Shown in pieces: positions 37,341-47,500 of a DNA stretch of 64,000 nt. The stretch is from NCBI GenBank assembly GCA_963783375.1, contig CAWANH010000028.1, positions 1,280,001-1,344,000 of the forward strand, written 5' to 3'. Position 1 is the first letter of the stretch. The number at the start of each line of letters is the position of its first letter. The notes under the pieces were generated by a model that saw only the letters and a program-made list of their open reading frames with translations, made no database searches and was not told where the DNA came from. The stretch is from Candidatus Eiseniibacteriota bacterium. Lineage in GTDB: Bacteria; Eisenbacteria; RBG-16-71-46; JABDJR01. Made by a program: the position numbers and the translations under genes.

Positions 37341-37420
37341 GGGGCGCGGGGGGGGGCGTGATTGCCGGGATGCGGTCGAGTGGGGGCGCGCGAGTCTGCG
37401 CGGGCGCGCCGAGGGCGTGG

Positions 37421-37827
37421 TTGCGGACCATGTTCACCCGGGTGAATACGTGGCGCGGGGTATTTATTGCGAACATTGCTTCCCCGGGGAAGCACGGGCA
37501 TGTATTCCAGCGCCGACGCCCGGCCGCGTGCCATGTCGCCGGGCGGAATCGGCGGCCGCGTCGTGATAAGGACCTTGTCGCGAACATTGCTTCCCCGGGG
37601 AAGCACGGCCGGGGCTTTATTGCAAACATTTTGCACCCGGGTGCAACTCTGCGTCCGCGGGGAAGTGCGAACCGTGCCGGTCCGTTGCTCGATGACGAAA
37701 CGTCCGTAGGGGCTTGTTCGCACCGCGCCCGCTACGAGTTCTCTGTCGCGTACCTTGTGCACCCGGGGGAACACGCGGGGTATGCTGCGGCCCTGTGTCT
37801 GCGAGCAGGGTGAACCCGGGTGCAACT
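37421..37827 (+). repeat. Cluster of six 29-bp imperfect direct repeats, each with a CCCGGG-centred palindrome
   Basis: Units start at 37421, 37467, 37578, 37620, 37746 and 37799, for example TTGCGAACATTGCTTCCCCGGGGAAGCAC and TTGCAAACATTTTGCACCCGGGTGCAACT. Gaps are 17, 82, 13, 97 and 24 bp. Confidence 0.85.
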
Positions 37828-37860
37828 CCACGGGAGAGGCGAAATCCTGCCGGCGCGGCG

Positions 37861-38769
37861 CTACCTCAGCAGATCCGTGAGCGCCGCCCCCAGATCCGGA
37901 AACCGGAACGCAAATCCCAGCCCGCGGGCCTTCATCGGCACCAGGCGCTGGCTCACCAGCGCGGTCTCCTCGGCCATCTGGCCCAGGGCGAGCTTCATGG
38001 CGAAGGCGGGAACGCGAAACAGCGCCGGCCGGCCAAGGGTCGATGCGAGCTCCCGGGTGAACGTCTCGTTTCGGACCGGGTTAGGCGAGGACACGTTCAG
38101 GGGTCCCCGGACCGCCTCGCGGTCCAGGGCCATGAGGATCATCTCCACCCAGTCCTCGATATGGATCCAGGGAAGCCATTGCCGGCCGTCACCGAGCTTC
38201 CCCCCCAGACCGAGCTTGAAGAGCGGCAAGAGCGGTTTCAGGAACCCCTCGCCCGGAGCGAGCACGGGGGGGATGCGAAGCAGCACCACCCGCACCCCCA
38301 ATTCCCCGGCCGCCCGGGCCTCGGTCTCCCAGGCCTCGCAGAGGCGGGCCAGGAAGCCGGTCCCCGACGCGGCGTCCTCGGTCAGCTCCTCGTCCCCGCG
38401 CGTGCCGTAATAGCCCGAGGCCGAGCCGGAGAGGAGGACGGCCGGGCGCTTGGCCGCGTCACGAAATCCGGTCACCACGTGCTCGGTCCCCCGAACGCGC
38501 GAGGCCACGATCCGTTGCTTGCGGTCCTCGGTCCAGTACCCGATCAGGCTCTCGCCGACCAGGTTCACCACCGCGTCCAGGGTTTCCACCGTCGCGGCGG
38601 GGAAGGGCTCCACGCCGGGCCGCCAGCGCTCGAAGCGGATGGGGGAGGACGGCGTCGCATGGCGCTCGGGATTGCGGGAGAACACGGTCACCGTGTCTCC
38701 CCGCCCCACGAGGCGATCGGTCAACCGGCTCCCCAGAAGCCCCGTCCCGCCGGTGATGCCGATTCGCAT
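37861..38769 (-). CDS. TIGR01777-family NAD-dependent epimerase (YfcH-like)
   Basis: IGITGGTGLLG, AVVNLVGE, SASGYYG, CEAWE, GDGRQWLPWIHIED, GPLNVSSPNPV. AAGGAGG RBS. Confidence 0.92.
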   Translation of the reverse strand: MRIGITGGTGLLGSRLTDRLVGRGDTVTVFSRNPERHATPSSPIRFERWRPGVEPFPAATVETLDAVVNLVGESLIGYWTEDRKQRIVASRVRGTEHVVTGFRDAAKRPAVLLSGSASGYYGTRGDEELTEDAASGTGFLARLCEAWETEARAAGELGVRVVLLRIPPVLAPGEGFLKPLLPLFKLGLGGKLGDGRQWLPWIHIEDWVEMILMALDREAVRGPLNVSSPNPVRNETFTRELASTLGRPALFRVPAFAMKLALGQMAEETALVSQRLVPMKARGLGFAFRFPDLGAALTDLLR

Positions 38770-38851
38770 GGTCCCTCCTTGGCGGGCAAGCGTCGCCGGG
38801 GATGTTCGCCGACGTCGCCGCGCCTTCACCGTCCAGCATGGGGAACGCTCC

Positions 38852-38945
38852 TCGCGCGGTCAACCGGCCGGGCAGGTGCTTCACCGGCCCGTCGCGCGGT
38901 CAACCAAGTGAGCAAGCGCCTCACCGGCTTGTCGCGCGGTCAACC
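38852..38945 (+). repeat. Tandem repeat with a 40-bp period and three invariant 14-mers
   Basis: TCGCGCGGTCAACC at 38852, 38892 and 38932. TCACCGGC at 38881 and 38921. Confidence 0.85.
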
Positions 38946-39177
38946 GGGGGCCGCGAACCGCCCATCGGCCCGCCCAACGGCCAACCGGGGCCGCGGACCC
39001 GCCCGCGCCGCTTCCCCAACCGCACCCTCGCCGGGTTAGAATGCGGATGCCCGCCGTCCCGGCCTCGGGCGGATGTCGCCGAAGGCCGGGGGCGGTGGGA
39101 CGCGGTCCCCCCGCAACCGGAACTCGAGCGGACCGTGCTCGACGCGGCTTCCCCCGCCGCCAACCGGAGGAGGTCCC

Positions 39178-41208
39178 ATGACCCGGGAAGACGCCCCCGA
39201 CGCCGACCGCGATCACCCCGCCGACGAATCCGCCCCGGTCGACGCCGGCCTCGATCGCCGCGCCCGTGAGTCCATCCTGGCCAACGCCAAGCTGGGGATC
39301 CGCGCTCCCGAGTTCGGCCTCGATCAGACCTGGCTCAACGTGGACCGGCCGCTCTCCCTCCGGAACGACCTCGCCGGGAGGGTCGTGGTGATCGACTTCT
39401 GGACCTTCTGCTGCATCAACTGCATGCACGTGCTTCCCACCCTGGCCAGCCTGGAGCGCCGCTTCGCGGACCGGCCGTTCACGGTGGTGGGGTGCCACTC
39501 GGCCAAGTTCGCGAACGAGACCGACGTCGATCAGATCCGCCAGGCCGTGCTCCGCTACGACATCGTGCACCCGGTGGTGGTGGACCGCGAATTCGGGATC
39601 TGGCGGAACTACGCGGTTCGGGCCTGGCCGACCCTGATGCTGGTGAGCCCCGACGGCCGGCTCCTGGCCCAGATCGCCGGCGAGCCCGCGCCCGAAGTCC
39701 TGGATGCCCTGGTGGGGCAGGCGCTGGAGATCTACGCCGCCGAAGGGAATCTCGACCCGCGCCCGCTCCCGCTCCGACCCGAGAGCTCCCGCGAGTTTCC
39801 ACGGGAACTCGCCTACCCGGGGAAGGTGGCGGTCGAACCCGCCGGCGACCGCATCCTGATCGCGGACACCGGGCACCACCGCATCGTCGAAACCACGGGC
39901 GCGGGCGCCTTCCTTCGCGCCTTCGGCTCCGGTGAGCCGGGCCTCGCCGACGGCCCCGCCGACCGCGCCCGCTTCCGCGCCCCCCAGGGCATGGCGTTCC
40001 ACGACGGCGCGCTCCTGGTCGCCGACACCGGGAACCACGCCGTCCGGCGGGTGGATCTTGCGACCGGCGAGGTCACGACCCTGACCGGCACCGGGGAGCA
40101 GGGGCACGCCCGGGAAGGGCGGTTCGCGGGACGCGAGGCGGCGCTCAACTCGCCCTGGGACCTCGCGGTCCGCGATCACGAAGCCCTCATCGCCATGGCC
40201 GGGGCGCACCAGATCTGGCGGCTCGACCTCAACACGAACGAGATCGGCCCCCTGGCCGGGGACGGGAGCGAACGGAAGGCCGACGGCCCCTTCGAGCACG
40301 CGGCCTTCGCCCAGCCGTCGGGGCTGGCCCTGGTGGGCACGAACCTGTACGTGGTCGATTCCGAGTCGAGCTCGATCCGGACGGTGAATCTGGTCGAACG
40401 CACCGTGACCACCCTGGCCGGTGGGAACGACGACCCCCGCGACCTGTTCTTCTTCGGCGACGAGGCGGGTCGCGGCTACGGCCGCCGGTTCCAGCATCCG
40501 CTGGGGATCGCCGCCCACGCCGGGTGCCTGTTCGTCGCCGACAGCTACAACCACAAGCTCAAGACGGTGGACCCGTCGCGCGGCGCGGTGCGTGCGCTAT
40601 CCGGGACCGGGCGGCCGGGGACGAACGACGGGCCGGGAAACGCGGCCTCATTCGGCGAGCCGGGCGGCCTGGCCGCGCTCGGTGACCGGTTGCTGGTCGC
40701 CGACACCAACAACCACCGCATCCGGATCGTGAACCCCAAGACCGGCGCGGCGGAGACGCTGATCCTCACCGGCGTGGCCATCCCCACCGCGCGGGTGGCC
40801 GGATCGGGGAGTGAACCGGACGCCGGGCCGCTACCCGAGCTTCCCGGCGCCGTCCGCCTCACCCCCGGATCGGCGCGGCTCGCTCCCGGGGACGCGATCC
40901 TGGTGGTGCGGGTACTCCTTCCCCCGGGCGAGAAGACGGTGGCGGACGCCCCGTCCCAGGTGCGCGTCTTCTCCGAGACCCCGGCGATCCGCGTCTCCGC
41001 TACATCCGCGCGTTTCGAAGGCGCCGAAGCCCGCGTCCGGATCGGAGTCGACGGTCCCGGAACCCTCACCGTCCAGGCCCTGGTCTATCACTGCGGGGAC
41101 GGCGACACCTGCACGGTATCGTCGGTGCGATGGGACCTCGTGGTGGAGACCGACCCCGCCGGCGGGCACGAACTCGCGCTCACCCACACCGTCGATCCGG
41201 ACGCCTGA
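39178..41208 (+). CDS. Thioredoxin-like plus NHL-repeat protein (NHLRC2/SOQ1-like)
   Basis: DFWTFCCINCMH, HSAKF, VRAWPT, repeated ADTGHHRI / ADTGNHAV / ADSYNHKL / ADTNNHRI blades. GGAGGAGG RBS. Confidence 0.9.
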   Translation: MTREDAPDADRDHPADESAPVDAGLDRRARESILANAKLGIRAPEFGLDQTWLNVDRPLSLRNDLAGRVVVIDFWTFCCINCMHVLPTLASLERRFADRPFTVVGCHSAKFANETDVDQIRQAVLRYDIVHPVVVDREFGIWRNYAVRAWPTLMLVSPDGRLLAQIAGEPAPEVLDALVGQALEIYAAEGNLDPRPLPLRPESSREFPRELAYPGKVAVEPAGDRILIADTGHHRIVETTGAGAFLRAFGSGEPGLADGPADRARFRAPQGMAFHDGALLVADTGNHAVRRVDLATGEVTTLTGTGEQGHAREGRFAGREAALNSPWDLAVRDHEALIAMAGAHQIWRLDLNTNEIGPLAGDGSERKADGPFEHAAFAQPSGLALVGTNLYVVDSESSSIRTVNLVERTVTTLAGGNDDPRDLFFFGDEAGRGYGRRFQHPLGIAAHAGCLFVADSYNHKLKTVDPSRGAVRALSGTGRPGTNDGPGNAASFGEPGGLAALGDRLLVADTNNHRIRIVNPKTGAAETLILTGVAIPTARVAGSGSEPDAGPLPELPGAVRLTPGSARLAPGDAILVVRVLLPPGEKTVADAPSQVRVFSETPAIRVSATSARFEGAEARVRIGVDGPGTLTVQALVYHCGDGDTCTVSSVRWDLVVETDPAGGHELALTHTVDPDA

Positions 41209-41338
41209 ACGGACGGCGGGCGGCCTTGACCCGGCCGGGGGCGACGGCGGGCGAACGTGCGAGGGAGGGGCCGACCGGGGGCGACGGCGGGCGGGCTTCC
41301 GGAGGATCGCGCGGGCGGGGGCGGGTGAGTCCGGCCGG

Positions 41339-42130
41339 TCAGCGCCGGTTCGGATAGAGCGTCTTGATCCGGCTCCAGGAGACGTCCTCGGTGGGCACCG
41401 AGCCCGCGGGGCCGGCCTTCACCCGGCCGGTGGCGGGGTTCATTCCGAAGTCGTAGTCCCCGATCGCCGTCACCACCAGCGGGAGGTTGTGGTCCATGTC
41501 GCGGATGCAGTAGCCCTGGCCGCTCACCTCCTGGATCATCCAGTCGAGGTCGGCGGTCCACTTGTACTCCAGGGCGCCGGGGGAGTTGATGTGGACGTGG
41601 GCGAGGTAGATGCCGCTGGGCTGGAGAAACGCGTCCCGGCCGAAGGGCGGCGACCAGCTCCCCAGCTCGGGGATGCTCCCCACCACGCACCAGCCGATAT
41701 CGGGCTGGACCAGACGGTCGCTCCAGATCATGTGGGTCACCGGGAGCCAGCCGTCGTCGTAGACGTTGGTGTCGAAGGTGACCAGAACCTCCTGGTTGGC
41801 TTCGGCGAGCCGGACGTGAAGGTTGATGTTGTACCCGTCGGGATACCCGGTGGACCAGGTGAGCGTCCCCACCTTGAACTCGTAGGTCCCGGCCGGGACA
41901 TTGGCGATGACCATCCGGCTCAGAATTCCATCGCCGGCCACCGCGTCGCCCCCGGTGCCGTCGTCCCGGAGGAGGTTCCCGGAGTCGGCGCCCCAGGCGC
42001 CGGGGGTGGCCAACTCGGAGGAGGCCTCGTAGAAGCTCCCGCGCGCGTACCAGTCGGCGGCACGGGCGGGCGCCGAGGTCGCCAGGACGGCCAGCCCGAG
42101 GGGAAGGAACATCAAGAGCGGTCGGCGCAT
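41339..42130 (-). CDS. Secreted protein with a DDG..GD..AGDG acidic motif, a CBM20-like segment and a C-terminal SWSRIKTLY tail
   Basis: Signal peptide ending ARA, LRDDGTGGDAVAGDG, VVGSIPELGSW, VPTEDVSWSRIKTLY. Confidence 0.8.
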   Translation of the reverse strand: MRRPLLMFLPLGLAVLATSAPARAADWYARGSFYEASSELATPGAWGADSGNLLRDDGTGGDAVAGDGILSRMVIANVPAGTYEFKVGTLTWSTGYPDGYNINLHVRLAEANQEVLVTFDTNVYDDGWLPVTHMIWSDRLVQPDIGWCVVGSIPELGSWSPPFGRDAFLQPSGIYLAHVHINSPGALEYKWTADLDWMIQEVSGQGYCIRDMDHNLPLVVTAIGDYDFGMNPATGRVKAGPAGSVPTEDVSWSRIKTLYPNRR

Positions 42131-42239
42131 GGCGAGGTCTCTTCGATGGGCGGTCGGCGCGGCGGGAACCCCGAGTTCGGGTTCAATGTAGCAAATTGCA
42201 GGGGGAGCCGGAAGCGGGGCGGCACGGTAGGATCCCCCC

Positions 42240-42965
42240 ATGGACGCCGACCCCTGGGGCCCCCTGGGCCTCGCCCTCCTCGACTACTATCAGGGCGACC
42301 GGACCGTCCGGGTCACCGTCCACACCGAGGGGATGAAGACCGAAGACCTCCCCGCCCGGCACTTCTTCCGCGAGCCGGACGACTTCCCCCCCGCCGAGGT
42401 GAACGCGCTCGCGCTCTGCCGGGGGCGGGTGCTCGACGCGGGCGCGGGGGCGGGGGATCACGCCCTGGTCCTCCAGCGCCGGGGCCTCGAGGTGGTCGCC
42501 GTCGACATCTCCCCCCTGGCGGTGGAGATCATGCGGAAGCGCGGGGTCCGGGACGCGCGGCCGGGCGACGTCTTCCGGCTGGACGGCGAGCGTTTCGACA
42601 CCGTTCTCATGATGATGAACGGGATCGGGGTGGTGCGAACCCTCGAGGGTCTCGACCGATTCCTGGAGCACGCATCCGCGCTCCTCGAGCCTCAGGGCGA
42701 AATCCTTTTCGACTCCACCGATCTTCGGCGGAGCCTCGATGTGAACGAACACCGGGCCATGGAGGCGCGCCGGCGCGAGGGGCGCTACGAGGGCGAGGTC
42801 CGCTTCCAGATGGAGTACCGCGGACGGAAGGGCGCCCCCTTCACCTGGCTCTTCGTCGATCCCGAGACCCTGGCCGAGCACGCCGGCCGGCGCGGGTGGC
42901 TGACCCAGGTGGTGTTCGAGGAGGAGGGGGGCGAGTACCTGGCCCGGCTCCGGGCGGCGGTCTGA
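42240..42965 (+). CDS. Class I SAM-dependent methyltransferase
   Basis: GRVLDAGAGAG, VAVDISP, FDTVLMMMNGIG, FTWLFVD. Confidence 0.88.
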   Translation: MDADPWGPLGLALLDYYQGDRTVRVTVHTEGMKTEDLPARHFFREPDDFPPAEVNALALCRGRVLDAGAGAGDHALVLQRRGLEVVAVDISPLAVEIMRKRGVRDARPGDVFRLDGERFDTVLMMMNGIGVVRTLEGLDRFLEHASALLEPQGEILFDSTDLRRSLDVNEHRAMEARRREGRYEGEVRFQMEYRGRKGAPFTWLFVDPETLAEHAGRRGWLTQVVFEEEGGEYLARLRAAV

Positions 42966-43049
42966 TCCAGAGCGGCCACCCCGCCCGCGGCGGGCTCCGC
43001 CAGGAGCCGGATCCCGGCCGGCTCGAGCCGGGGGAGGCTCCCTCCCCGC

Positions 43050-43535
43050 TCACGCGATCGCCCCCGGCTTCCCGAGAATCCGCCGGAGCAGCCCGGTCTG
43101 CCCCACGTGATACGCCTCGTGGAAGGCGAAGAGGCCGAGGGCGATCTCCAGCGGCACCGTCTCCTCGGGCCGGACCGGATGGGGGACCGGCTCGGCCAGG
43201 CGCGCGGTGTCGAGGCCCGACACCGCGGCCACGATCCGCTCCTGGGAGCGGTTGAAGGCGCCGAGGATCATCTCGAACCGGTGGCAGTCCGCGTCCTCCC
43301 TCGGGGGTTCGCCGCGGCGGTACCCGCGGGCCTCGTCGTCGGTCCAGAGCGGCGGCCGGCCCAGCCGGCTCAGGATGCCGTTCCGGGTGGCGGTCACGTG
43401 CCCGGCCACGTAGTTGATGGAGCTTCCCCCCGACGGCGGGTGGACCAGGCTTTCGGCGTGGGTGATTCCGTCGACGTTGGCGTTCAGGACCAGGTGGGTG
43501 AAGGCGAGCTGGGAGGCGAGCACCTCGGGCGTCAT
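43050..43535 (-). CDS. DinB/YfiT-superfamily four-helix protein (not a polymerase)
   Basis: SINYVAGH and HEAYHVGQ metal-binding histidines, GKP tail. Confidence 0.85.
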   Translation of the reverse strand: MTPEVLASQLAFTHLVLNANVDGITHAESLVHPPSGGSSINYVAGHVTATRNGILSRLGRPPLWTDDEARGYRRGEPPREDADCHRFEMILGAFNRSQERIVAAVSGLDTARLAEPVPHPVRPEETVPLEIALGLFAFHEAYHVGQTGLLRRILGKPGAIA

Positions 43536-43557
43536 CGTGAGTTCCTTTCCGGACGGT

Positions 43558-44427
43558 TCAGCGCAGGAGCGGCACCGTGCCCTGTTCGTCCAGCGGCGCG
43601 TGGAACGACCCGAACTTCGACCCCAGGGTCATGTCGCCGGCCAGCCGGTAGGAGGCGCTCTGTCCCTGGAGGAGGCTCAGGGCGGCCGCCCCCAGTTGAA
43701 GCGGGTTCACGTGGATGGCGAAGTCCACCTCGTTGCTGCCGTCGGCGACCAGGTCCACGGAACGGTCGAGGCTCCCCTGGGCCAGGTCGTGACCGCCGAG
43801 GGTGAGGGCGTAGTCCAGGTCGGACAGGGCGGTGGCGAAGGCGTTCTTGTTTCCCACCAGCAGCGTGAAGTGCCCGTCGGCCGAGGTGGGGGAGAGATTG
43901 TCCCAGCGGATCCGTGCGAGGCTGACGCTCGGCGGCGCGGGGACCGGGAACTCGCCGTGCTTTCGGACCGGCACCGTGACCCGGCCGAGCGCGGGGACGT
44001 CGAAGCCGAGCTGGATGGTCGCGTCGTAGGGGATCACCGCTCCCGGCGACACGCCGGAGAGGGTGTTGAGGACATTGGCGAACCCGAGGGTCACCGGGAT
44101 CGGCACGACCTTCGATCCGTGGCCGGGGATGGACCCCCCGGCCTGGGCGTCGCCGGAAAGGAGCGACTTCCCGTTGCTCGCCAGGCCGAAGGTGACCGCG
44201 CTCAGCGGGATGTCCGGCGAGTAGGGGTTTTCGACCATGACGTCGAAGGTGAGGGTGACCGCCGAGAGGGTGAGCCCGGTGAGCGACACGTCCTGAACCT
44301 TCGCGCTCGGCCGGGGGACGCCCGGCTGGAGCGCGGCGCAGCCGGGGAGGGCGACGAGGAGCAACACGGCCGCGGCGCCGCGGCGAAGGCTTCGGGTGTG
44401 GGCCGGCGGGACGGGTGACGATCGCAT
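43558..44427 (-). CDS. LEA type-2 (WHy domain) lipoprotein with two domains
   Basis: Lipobox LPGC. Two NPN-like motifs (VENPY, VGNKN) in duplicated beta-sandwich halves. Confidence 0.8.
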   Translation of the reverse strand: MRSSPVPPAHTRSLRRGAAAVLLLVALPGCAALQPGVPRPSAKVQDVSLTGLTLSAVTLTFDVMVENPYSPDIPLSAVTFGLASNGKSLLSGDAQAGGSIPGHGSKVVPIPVTLGFANVLNTLSGVSPGAVIPYDATIQLGFDVPALGRVTVPVRKHGEFPVPAPPSVSLARIRWDNLSPTSADGHFTLLVGNKNAFATALSDLDYALTLGGHDLAQGSLDRSVDLVADGSNEVDFAIHVNPLQLGAAALSLLQGQSASYRLAGDMTLGSKFGSFHAPLDEQGTVPLLR

Positions 44428-44527
44428 AACTTCATGACTCCTTGATGATTGGCGCGGCGGTGAGCGCCGGCCGAGGCCCCATCTTAGCAAAGCGGCTTCC
44501 CGCCGGGCACAAGGCCCCGGCAAATCC

Positions 44528-44557
44528 TTGAATTACTAAACAAAAATCTGGTACTCT
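44528..44557 (+). promoter_or_regulatory. sigma70 promoter with a candidate SOS operator filling the spacer
   Basis: TTGAAT-N18-TACTCT. The 20-bp quasi-palindrome TACTAAACAAAAATCTGGTA lies at 44534-44553 in an unusually AT-rich patch. Confidence 0.55.
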
Positions 44558-44587
44558 GAGAGTCGCCCGCTTCCCCGGGAGACCCCC

Positions 44588-47500
44588 ATGTCGCTCTACG
44601 TTCCCCTCCACGTCCAAAGCGCCTGCTCCCTCGGCCGGGGAACGGCCCCGGTGGACGCGCTGGTCGCCGCCGCCGCCCGCTACGGGCACGACGCCCTGGC
44701 GCTCACCGACCGGAACAACCTCTACGGCGCCGTCCCCTTCACCCGGGCCGCGCGCGAGGCCGGGCTGAAGCCGATCCTGGGCGCCGAGCTGGGCGGCCCC
44801 GAGGGCTTGGTCACCCTGCTCGTCCGGGACGCCGAGGGCTACGCCAACCTCTGCCGGCTTCTCACCCGCCGGGGCCTCGAACCGGGTTTCCGCCTGGTGC
44901 CGGCCCTGGCCGAACTCCACCGGGGCCTCCACGTGCTGGTGGCCGAACCGAAGTTGCTCCGGGCCCTGGCCCGCTTCCTCTCCCGCGAGACCCTGTGGGG
45001 GGAACTCCCCGCGCCGCGCCTGGGGGAACCCGCCTTCGCCGCGGTCGAGGACGCCGCCCTCGCCCTGGGGCTCGAGACCGTGGCCACCGGGGCGATCGTG
45101 ACCCTCGCCCGCGAGGACCACCGGCTCCACGCCACCCTGACCGCGATCCGCGAGAACACCCTGGCCGCGCGGCTCGAAGCCAGGGACCTCGCCCCGCGCG
45201 AGAGCTGGTTCCGGGCGCCGGCCGCCATGGCCTCGATCTTCCGCCGCCGGAGGCGGGCCCTGGCCAACACCCGCCGGATCGCCGACGACTGCCGCTTCAC
45301 CCTGGAGCGCACCCGCTGGATCTTCCCCGACCCGCCTCTGCCCTCCGGCGAGACCGCCGCCTCCCACCTCCGGAAGCTCTGCGAGGCGGGGCTCGTCCGC
45401 CGCTACCCGCAGCATCCAACCGCCGCCCGCCGGCGGCTCACGACCGAGCTTCGCATCATCGACCGGCTGGGCTTCTCGAGCTACTTCGTGGTGGTGGGGG
45501 AGATCGTCCGCTGGGGGCGGGAGCGCGGGATCGCCACCGTGGGGCGGGGGAGCGGGGCCAGCGCGGTGACGTCCTACGTTCTCGGCATCACCAACGTGGA
45601 CCCGGTCCGCTACGGGCTCACCTTCGAGCGCTTCCTCCACGAGAAGCGCCCGGACTGGCCGGACCTCGACGTGGACCTCTGCTGGAAGCGGCGGGACGAG
45701 GTGATCGAGCACGTCTACGCGACCTACGGGCGGGACCGGGTGGCCATGATCTCGACCCACAACACCTTTCAGCCGCGTTCCGCCTTCCGCGAGGCGGCCA
45801 AGGCCCACGGGATCGCCAACGCCGTGGTGAACCGGCTCAGCCGCTGCGTCCCCCACGCCGCCGACGCGCCGCTTCGCGAGGCGCTCCGCGCCGCCCCGCG
45901 CGGGGACGAGATCCCGCGCACCGAGCCTCCCTGGCCGCGGATCCTGGAAGACGCCGAACGGCTGGTGGGGCTCCCGCGCCACCTCGGACTTCACCCCGGG
46001 GGGATCGTGATCTCCGACCGGCCGCTGGCCGAATACGTGCCGCTCCAGGAGGCGGCCAAGGGGATCGTCTCCACCCAGTTCGAGATGCGGGCGATCGAGG
46101 CGGTGGGGTTGGTGAAGATCGATCTCCTCGGAAACCGCGCCCTCTCCACCATCCAGGAAACCGTGGAGCTGGTGGAGGCGCGCCGCGGAGTGCGCCTCGA
46201 CCCCGACCGCTTCCCCCACCAGGACCCGGCCACCGCCGCGCTTCTCGCCACCGGCGACACCCTCGGCGTCTTCCAGATGGAGTCGCCGGGGATGCGGAAC
46301 CTGAACCGGATGCTCGGGACCCGCGACCTCGCCACCACCATCGCCGCGGTGGCGCTCATCCGCCCCGGCCCCGCGGCGAGCGGCATGAAGGAGCGCTTCT
46401 GCCGGCGGGCGCGGGGGAGCGAGCGGCCGGCCTACGCCGACCCGCGGCTCGAGCCGGTGCTCCGCGAGACCCACGGGGTCCCGCTCTACGAGGAGGACGT
46501 GATGCGGGTGGCGGCCGAGGTGGCCGGGGTGTCGCTGGCCGACGGCGACGTGCTCCGCCGGGCCATCGCCGGGACCGACGAGCGGGAGCTGGCGGACCTG
46601 GCGCGCACGTTCATCGCGCGCGCCCGGCGCCGGGGCTACCGGCCCGAAACCGCGGAAGCGATCTGGAACGGGCTCCTCCGCTTCGGCTCCTTCGCCTTCT
46701 GCAAGGCCCACGCCGCGGGCTACGGCATCCTGGCCTGGCAGGCGGGGTGGCTGAAGGCCCACTACCCGATGGAGTTCGCGGCCGCGCTCATGAACCACCA
46801 CGCCGGGATGTACGACAAGCGCACGCACCTGGAAGATGCCCGCCGGCGCGGGGTGCGCGCGCTGCTCCCCGACGTGAACCGCTCCCGGGACACCTTCACC
46901 GCCGACGGCGAGGGGATCCGGATCGGGCTCGAGCGGGTGCGGGGGCTGAGCCTCACCGCCCGCGAGGCGATCCTGGCCGGGCGCGCGCGGCGCCCTTTCG
47001 CCGGGCCCGAGGACCTCGCGAGCCGGGTCGCTCTGGCCCGCCCGGAGCTGGAAGCGCTGGTGCTTGCCGGCGCCTTCGACTTCGCCGGACGCACCCGCCC
47101 CGAGATGCTCTGCGCGGTGGCCTCGGGGTTCGATCTCTTTCGCCGGAGCGGCCGCGAGCGAAGCTCCGGCGGCGACCTCTTCGAGGACGCCGCCCCGGTT
47201 CGCGCCCCGTGGGCCACGCCCCCCCTGCCCGAGTTCAGCCCGGTGGAGCGGCTCTGGCTGGAATGGCACGTGCTCGGCCTCTGCGTGGACGGCCATCCCA
47301 TGGAGGCGTTCCGGGCCGAGCCGGGCGGGCTCCCCCGCGGCACGGTGCCGGTGGCCGACGCCGAGCGGGTGCGCGGACGGCGGGTTGCCGCCGCGGGGAT
47401 CGTGGCCGCGCGCCGCACCGTTCCCACCCGCCAGGGCCGCCGCATGCAGTTCGTCACCCTGGAGGACGAAACCGGCATGATCGAGTGCACCCTCTTCCCC

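Noticed and set aside
37421-37827. CRISPR array
   Set aside because: The repeats are degenerate, the gaps range from 13 to 97 bp, and no cas genes are present in the window.
43050-43535. DinB-family gene near dnaE2 as part of the mutagenesis cassette
   Set aside because: This is the DinB/YfiT metalloprotein fold, unrelated to DNA polymerase IV despite the shared name.
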